A stretch of DNA of 24,626 bases from NCBI GenBank assembly GCA_031416315.1, contig JANOTL010000042.1, positions 1-24,626 on the forward strand, given 5' to 3'. This DNA is from Pseudomonadota bacterium. Lineage in GTDB: Bacteria; Bdellovibrionota_B; Oligoflexia; Oligoflexales; CAIYRB01. The notes below the pieces were generated by a model, which saw only the letters and a list, made by a program, of their open reading frames with translations, made no database searches and was not told the DNA's origin. The translations under genes were made by a program, and so were the position numbers. Shown here piece after piece: positions 19,300-24,626 of this stretch (its first letter is position 1; each line of letters starts with the position of its first letter).

Positions 19300-19326
19300 G
19301 TATCGGCGAAACGACGCGGGCCTCAA
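19300..19326 (-). promoter_or_regulatory. Candidate sigma28-type promoter immediately before the REC-TPR gene
   Basis: Minus strand TTGA-N15-GCCGATAC, ending 8 nt before ATG 19291; no obvious SD. Confidence 0.35.
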
Positions 19327-19341
19327 ACGACGGCGGTCGGT

Positions 19342-20076
19342 TTAAGGACTGGGATTCGTGGGCTCCGGCGACCAGTCACGTGACAGGCGGATATAAGCCC
19401 GCGCCGCGTGGTCGTTCGGGTCGCATTGTTGCGCCTTTTCCCAGTGTCGCTTTGCCAAATCTCGTCGGCCTAGCTTGTAGTACAGAATTCCGAGCCAGTT
19501 GTGGGCCTCGACCGTCTCCGGGGCGAGCCGCACCAGCTCCTCGAACTCCTGCCGTGCGCGGTCGGGCTGACCGGTGCGCACGTAGAGTTTTGCGAGGGCC
19601 AGCTTCACGTCCGGCATGCGCTCAAAGAGCGTCAGAGCCTTCTTGTACTCCTGGACCGCATCGCTGAACATGCTGCTTTCTTCATAAGCCCGCGCGTTCG
19701 CGACGTGTTGGTTCGCCAGGCGGCCGAGCACCAAAGCCGGCTGCTTTTTACGGGGGTTGACCTGCTCCGAGAGCTTTTGGAAGACGGAGCGGGCCTCTTC
19801 GTAGCGACTCAGGTCGCAAAGCGTCGCCGACAGGTTCAAGGCCGCCTCGACGAACTCTGGGTTTGCCGCCAACGCGCGGTTGAACTCCTGCAGAGCTTCG
19901 ATGAAACGCGACTGCCGATGGAAGGTGCAGCCGAGGAGGTTGTGAAGATTCGCGAGCGGCCCGTGATCGGCTAGCCCGGCACGGAGCAGCTTCTCGGCGG
20001 CATCGAAGCGGTTCACGCCCAGATAGAGCATGACCTTGCTCTTGATGTCGGCGATCTCGGCGCGCGAGGGGTTCAA
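19342..20076 (-). CDS. Tetratricopeptide repeat protein
   Basis: Canonical TPRs (LHNLLGCTFHRQSRFIEALQEFNRALAANPEFVEAALNL; AHNWLGILYYKLGRRDLAKRHWEKAQQCDP); TTG start 8 nt after the rny stop. Confidence 0.88.
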   Translation of the reverse strand: MNPSRAEIADIKSKVMLYLGVNRFDAAEKLLRAGLADHGPLANLHNLLGCTFHRQSRFIEALQEFNRALAANPEFVEAALNLSATLCDLSRYEEARSVFQKLSEQVNPRKKQPALVLGRLANQHVANARAYEESSMFSDAVQEYKKALTLFERMPDVKLALAKLYVRTGQPDRARQEFEELVRLAPETVEAHNWLGILYYKLGRRDLAKRHWEKAQQCDPNDHAARAYIRLSRDWSPEPTNPSP

Positions 20077-20083
20077 CGGAGCC

Positions 20084-21652
20084 TCATGCGACGGCGGTCG
20101 CCTCGAACCTTCGCGTCACGACGATCTTGATCTCGCCCGGGAAGGCGACCTCTTCCTCGATCTTGCGCGCGATGCTCTGGGACAGCTTTTCGATCTCGTG
20201 AACGCCGACGCGCTTGTTGTTCACCTCGACGTGAACCTCGCGTCCGCCGTTCATGATCGAGATGCCCATCACGCCCGGGAAGCTGCGCACGGCGTTGTCG
20301 ATGCCCGAAAGACGGGTCTGGTAGCCTTCCTCGAGGTTGACGCGAGCGCCCGGACGCGCGCCAGAAAGCGTATCCGCGGCCCGCAGCACGTACGCCAAGG
20401 GCGTCTCGATGACGAGATCGTTGTGGTGCGACATCACCGTGTCGCAGATCAGGCGGCGCTCGCCGAAGCGGTCGGCGTAATCGCCCGAGATGACCGCATG
20501 GCTGCCGTCGATTTTGTAGTCCAACGCCTTGCCGATGTCGTGCAGGAGGCCGCAGCGTTTGCCGGCGTCGGGGCTGATGCCGAGCTCGCTTGCGAGCAGG
20601 CCGGCGAGCTTCGCTACCTCGACCGTGTGGAACCATTGGTTCTGCCTGTAGCTCGTCCGCCAGTTGAGGTAGCCGACGAGCTTCTGGATTTCCGGATGGA
20701 TGCCGTCGAGCTCACACTCACGGACGGCGATGCGGCCCAGGCGGATCGCTTCGACTTCCAGGGCGGCGCGATGCTTGTCGTAAGTCGCGCCGACCTTGCC
20801 CCAGCTGGAGGGGCCCTTGGCGACCATCTCCATGAGGGCTAAGCGAGCGGCCTCTCGATTGACGCCCATGCCACCGGCGAGCTTTACGAGGGGCGTATGG
20901 TCGGCCTGCTGCCCTGGGAGCATCTCGACCTCGACCTCGGCCTTCTCCTTGAGCTCGGCCAACATCGGCTCGCCTTCCGGCGTCGCGAGCTTCTCGAAGA
21001 GCTTGCGGTCCTCGACGTCGACCGTGTTGAGGGCTTTCGGCCAGTAGAAGTCCGGAGCGTAACGGGCCATTGTCCGGGCCATCGTGCGCTGCGCTAGGCG
21101 CTTGGCGGAGCTCGATAGCTCTTCGTCCAAGTTCTTGATCGCCCGGGTGGCCTCCATCTGGCGGCTGTCGACCAGGGTCTCATAGAGGTGCTTGCTGAGG
21201 TTCTTGGCGTTGGCGTTGGCCTTCGACTCCAACGTCTGCATCATCTCGGCCTTGAGGACGGCGGTCTCCTTCGCCTTCTCCTCGTAGTTGGCTTTCAGGG
21301 CTTCGACCTTGGCCGTGTGGTTCTCGAGATCCTTTGCGACTTTGACGAGGCGGGCTTCCTCCAAGACGATCGACCGGTCTCTGGCGTCGAGGTCCTCCTC
21401 GGTGATCTTCAGGTCCTCCTCGCGCTGAGTCAGCTCAGCCTCGAATTGTTCCTCCAAGATCGTCCGCTCGTCGGCCAGGCGCTCGAGCTCGACTTTCTTG
21501 CGCTGGGCGGCCAACTTCTTCGCGTCGTCGAGGATGTCAGCTTTTTGACGGGTTTGGTCGACCTTCAGGCGGGTCGGCAGGTAGCGGTACATGAGCCAGA
21601 ACACGCCGTAGCCGGCGAGAATGGCCCCGAGGGCCACGTATACATAGGTCAT
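20084..21652 (-). CDS. rny: Ribonuclease Y family protein (divergent)
   Basis: N-terminal TM, coiled coil, WRTSYRQN..H..EVA, GLLHDIGK (HD), SHH, AADTLSGARPGAR, GREV.V.V, IARKIEEEVAFPGEIKIVVTR; GGAG SD. Confidence 0.88.
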   Translation of the reverse strand: MTYVYVALGAILAGYGVFWLMYRYLPTRLKVDQTRQKADILDDAKKLAAQRKKVELERLADERTILEEQFEAELTQREEDLKITEEDLDARDRSIVLEEARLVKVAKDLENHTAKVEALKANYEEKAKETAVLKAEMMQTLESKANANAKNLSKHLYETLVDSRQMEATRAIKNLDEELSSSAKRLAQRTMARTMARYAPDFYWPKALNTVDVEDRKLFEKLATPEGEPMLAELKEKAEVEVEMLPGQQADHTPLVKLAGGMGVNREAARLALMEMVAKGPSSWGKVGATYDKHRAALEVEAIRLGRIAVRECELDGIHPEIQKLVGYLNWRTSYRQNQWFHTVEVAKLAGLLASELGISPDAGKRCGLLHDIGKALDYKIDGSHAVISGDYADRFGERRLICDTVMSHHNDLVIETPLAYVLRAADTLSGARPGARVNLEEGYQTRLSGIDNAVRSFPGVMGISIMNGGREVHVEVNNKRVGVHEIEKLSQSIARKIEEEVAFPGEIKIVVTRRFEATAVA

Positions 21653-21714
21653 CGCTCAATCTCCAAAGACGGATCCCCACGAGTTTTGGTGGGCGTAGGG
21701 GGGTCTCGGTCTCA

Positions 21715-21723
21715 ACTATATCA
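21715..21723 (-). promoter_or_regulatory. Candidate extended -10 promoter of the rny operon
   Basis: TG-A-TATAGT on the minus strand in the AT-richer divergent intergenic region, about 60 nt before the ATG. Confidence 0.4.
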
Positions 21724-21766
21724 AGCAACTGTAGTAACGTAACAAGAGAAGCGCAGCTCCCCGCAG

Positions 21767-22618
21767 ATGTCCGTCCTCGAGGTCGGTTTGGCCGCAAATT
21801 CAGCAATCAATCCAGTTATGTACGAGTTTCTCGGCGAGACTCTGGAAGGCGCTGGCCGCGCGCTTGACGCGCATCGCGGCACGACCGAGATCACCATGAA
21901 GGCGGACACGAGCATCGTCACCGCGGCGGATCTCGCGAGCGAGAAGGTGATCATCGACCGCATCCACCGCTACTTTCCGGACGACCTCATCTACTCGGAA
22001 GAAGCCGGGCTCTCATCAAAGAGCCGTGCTCCTGGATCGTACATTTGGGTGATCGATCCACTCGACGGCACGACCAACTTCGCCAACGGCTATCCGTTTT
22101 ACTGCGTGTCGATCGGCCGTGGCCGCTTCCGTGACGACGGGATCATCGAGGTGATGTCGAGCGGCATCCTCGACGCGACGCGCAAGCGCTTCTATTATGC
22201 AGGTCGCAGCGAGGGCGCCTACGTCGACGGCAAGCCGATCCGCGTCGCCATGCCGCGCGAGCTCGCCAAGAGCTTTTTGGTGACCGGCTTCTATTACATG
22301 AAGGGCGACGACCTCGCGGCCGAGATTGAGCGCTTCTCGCGTGTCGCACAGGCATGCCAGTCGGTGCGTCGAGACGGGGCAGCTGCGCTCGACCTCGCTT
22401 TCGTCGCCGAGGGCGTTTACGACGCCTTTTGGGAGGTCGGACTGCAGCCGTGGGACGTCGCAGCCGGGAGCCTGCTCGTTTCCGAGGCAGGCGGCGCGGT
22501 GTGCAACTACCTCCAGGGTACGAACTCGTATGACATCGAGGGAACCGGCGTGATCGCAGGGTCGCGATCGGCGGTGCCCGCGATCGAGAATTTGATACGC
22601 CCGGCCCGACCCGCTTGA
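21767..22618 (+). CDS. suhB: Inositol monophosphatase family protein (SuhB-like)
   Basis: IVTAAD, SEE, WVIDPLDGTTNF, RRDGAAALDL, WDVAAG. Start could be 21818. Confidence 0.88.
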   Translation: MSVLEVGLAANSAINPVMYEFLGETLEGAGRALDAHRGTTEITMKADTSIVTAADLASEKVIIDRIHRYFPDDLIYSEEAGLSSKSRAPGSYIWVIDPLDGTTNFANGYPFYCVSIGRGRFRDDGIIEVMSSGILDATRKRFYYAGRSEGAYVDGKPIRVAMPRELAKSFLVTGFYYMKGDDLAAEIERFSRVAQACQSVRRDGAAALDLAFVAEGVYDAFWEVGLQPWDVAAGSLLVSEAGGAVCNYLQGTNSYDIEGTGVIAGSRSAVPAIENLIRPARPA

Positions 22619-22628
22619 GGAGAGGCGC

Positions 22629-23312
22629 ATGGATGCGCACTTTGGATCCGCAGTCGCGATCTTTTGCATCGTTGCCAGCGTGGCGAACGCTGCGCCTGTA
22701 ACCGAAAAGGTCGAGCGCTTCGAGCTCGATTGGACGACGCAGCGCGTGCGCTACTACGGGGAAGCCAAGGTGAGCGCCGAGGACGGCGCCTCGGGCTTTG
22801 ACGTCGCTGCTAAAAGAGCGCGAGCCGAGGGCGGCGTGTATGCGCGCGACGCCGCGGCTTCCGCGGGTGGGGCCCTTGGCGACGGCGCCAAGATGGCCGC
22901 TGCGTCTTCATCGACCGGAACGACATACTACGGCGATGGTTCCGTGCGTGTGTATCTCGAAGCTCCACTCGCAGAAGCGTTTGCGAGGGCGGATGCATTG
23001 GCGGTCTCTGCCGACGCGACTCACACGGGCGTCGTTTTCCAGCTTTCCGGTAAAACGACGCCGACCGGCACCTACGTTCTCGTCGACGAGAGCGGACGCG
23101 AGCTGTACGCAGCTGGTCATCTCGGTGGTCGCTGGCTAAGGCGCCCCTCTGGAGCGGAATTGGCGCCGTACGTGGGCGATCGGGCCGCCACCGTAGCGGC
23201 ACAGGTCCTCGCCCCCGGACGTCTGAGGATCGCCCGTACGGACTGGGACAAGGGGCTGTCGCAGCTTCTACCGCTACTCGATGCTGGTGCAGTCGCCTTA
23301 GCTCTGCCTTAG
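22629..23312 (+). CDS. Hypothetical exported protein (weak LPP20-like resemblance)
   Basis: GAGG SD, signal peptide (…CIVASVANA), segments LDWTTQRVRYYG and HTGVVF…LVDESGRELY. Confidence 0.55.
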   Translation: MDAHFGSAVAIFCIVASVANAAPVTEKVERFELDWTTQRVRYYGEAKVSAEDGASGFDVAAKRARAEGGVYARDAAASAGGALGDGAKMAAASSSTGTTYYGDGSVRVYLEAPLAEAFARADALAVSADATHTGVVFQLSGKTTPTGTYVLVDESGRELYAAGHLGGRWLRRPSGAELAPYVGDRAATVAAQVLAPGRLRIARTDWDKGLSQLLPLLDAGAVALALP

Positions 23313-23412
23313 GGCTTGCGCCCCCCGGACCGATTTGATAAGCCCTTCCTCTCGAAATCTCGGCACCACCGGGAAATCCCAGGATTTGCTTGCTGATTGA
23401 AGGCAGAGCTCG

Positions 23413-23616
23413 ATGGCCGGTTACAAAGTCAAGACGCGCAAAGCCGCCGCTAAACGTTTCACCATTACGCCTAGCGGCAAGGTCAAACGCTCCCAAGCGG
23501 GCAAGCGTCACATCCTCACGAAGAAGTCGCGCAAGCGGAAAAACAAGCTGAAGAAGGGTGCCTATGTGCATCCCTCGAACATCAGCCTGGTCATGCCCTG
23601 CCTGCCGAACGGCTAA
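23413..23616 (+). CDS. rpmI: 50S ribosomal protein L35
   Basis: KVKTRKAAAKRFTITPSGKVKRSQAGKRHILTKKSRKRK. Confidence 0.97.
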   Translation: MAGYKVKTRKAAAKRFTITPSGKVKRSQAGKRHILTKKSRKRKNKLKKGAYVHPSNISLVMPCLPNG

Positions 23617-23639
23617 ACAACTAGGATCTGGAAGCTGCC

Positions 23640-24002
23640 ATGTCTCGCGCCAAACGGGGCTTTAAAGCCCGCCGTAGAAGAAAAAAGGTTCTGGCCCTCG
23701 CCTCCGGCTTCCGGGGCGCGCGGAATTCGCGCTTCAAAACCGCAATCCACGTCGTCCGCCGCGCGTTGGTCTTCGCCTATCGCGACCGTCGCGTCAGGAA
23801 GCGTGATTTCCGTAAGCTCTGGATTATCCGCATCAATGCGGCCTCCCGGGCCAACGGCCTCCGGTACTCCGAGCTGATCTGCGGTCTTAAGAACCGGGGC
23901 ATCGAGCTCGACCGCTCGGTTCTCGCGGACATGGCGATCAATGACCCTGGCGCCTTCACGCAAGTCGTGACGGAAGCCAAGGCCGGCCTGAAGCGCGCCT
24001 AA
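23640..24002 (+). CDS. rplT: 50S ribosomal protein L20
   Basis: MSRAKRG…ASGFRG…[23 protein letters not shown]…[12 protein letters not shown]. Confidence 0.98.
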   Translation: MSRAKRGFKARRRRKKVLALASGFRGARNSRFKTAIHVVRRALVFAYRDRRVRKRDFRKLWIIRINAASRANGLRYSELICGLKNRGIELDRSVLADMAINDPGAFTQVVTEAKAGLKRA

Positions 24003-24055
24003 GCCTCGTCGAAATCACAGTTTGTCCACAGCTCGCCGAGCTGTGCGATTTTCTT

Positions 24056-24091
24056 GCAACTCTCTGCGAAATCAGAGGGTTGCTTTTTTTT
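24056..24091 (+). terminator. Rho-independent terminator of rpmI-rplT
   Basis: Stem GCAACTCTCTG (24056-66) / CAGAGGGTTGC (24073-83) with one G-U pair, 6-nt loop, then T8. Confidence 0.88.
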
Positions 24092-24229
24092 GTTGGCCAA
24101 ACGTCCAGTTCGAGCCGGCAGGGGTTGTGGACAAGCCGTTGAGGGCGTGCATAAAACTTACTCAACTCGCGCCAACGATCCCTATGGGAAACACCCAACT
24201 CGCATCTAAACAAAATAGATTTCGCGAGC

Positions 24230-24505
24230 TTACTCGAAGACGATGATGCTTTCGATGACGACCGTCGAGCCGCTCGGGGCGCCGATGTCCAGGCCGCGCA
24301 GCTCGAAGCCCGCGTGCTGTGGGAGCATCCCGGTCAGGGTCGTCGGAGCCGGTGCCATGACTGCGCGATCGAAGCGCTGGCCCGCGGGGCGGTTACGGTA
24401 GTCGACGCTAGGGTCGACGATCACCAATTCTTGCCGGTCCGCGCCGAAGGAGGCGCGATGGGTGTAGCCGGTGAGCGAGACGAAGAGAAACTTTTTCGGT
24501 TCCAT
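24230..24505 (-). CDS. Small hypothetical protein
   Basis: GC3-biased codons, protein-like composition (MEPKKFLFVSLTGY…STVVIESIIVFE); start uncertain (ATG 24505 or GTG 24577). Confidence 0.45.
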   Translation of the reverse strand: MEPKKFLFVSLTGYTHRASFGADRQELVIVDPSVDYRNRPAGQRFDRAVMAPAPTTLTGMLPQHAGFELRGLDIGAPSGSTVVIESIIVFE

Positions 24506-24626
24506 GATGTGGGGGAATCTTAGCTCGCTGCGGCGGAGATTCGGCCTCCAGCCGCGACGTCCTTCGCGGAGAGGCACCTCGACGATCCATACACGGCCTC
24601 AGGCCGCGGGCCGCGGCGGCCGCAAC

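Noticed and set aside
21653..21766. 6S RNA or riboswitch upstream of rny
   Set aside because: Only 114 bp that must hold divergent promoters; a short CCCAC/GTGGG hairpin is all that is visible.
24520..24626. Possible 3' end of an upstream minus-strand gene, or a frameshift joining it to the last ORF
   Set aside because: All three frames are plausible over so short a stretch; it cannot be resolved at the window edge.

Overview
A GC-rich, gene-dense bacterial chromosomal segment. The gene content (RNase Y plus LpxC, many TPR proteins, a TraF/FadL-like barrel, sigma54- and sigma28-type promoter motifs) suggests a diderm 'deltaproteobacteria-like' lineage such as Bdellovibrionota/Oligoflexia or Myxococcota; this is inference only. 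I see no mobile element, CRISPR array, tRNA or rRNA. Recognisable genes are pyrF, lpxC, comEC, dnaK, an nfeD-SPFH pair, rny, a suhB-family inositol monophosphatase, rpmI and rplT, plus a TetR regulator, two response regulators, TPR proteins and two outer-membrane barrels. The most striking observation is a tightly coupled operon, tetR - TPR - ORF349 - ORF652 - pyrF. By manual motif comparison ORF349 and ORF652 look like full-length, intact but catalytically stripped copies of the beta-oxidation complex subunits FadI/FadA (thiolase) and FadJ/FadB (hydratase/dehydrogenase), i.e. a candidate pseudoenzyme acyl-CoA-sensing or scaffolding system. Other oddities: a Cys-free degenerate family-4 UDG, an RNase Y with a broken KH motif, a sigma54-type promoter before lpxC, and a DnaA-box-like cluster after rplT. 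All family calls come from remembered motifs, not database searches.
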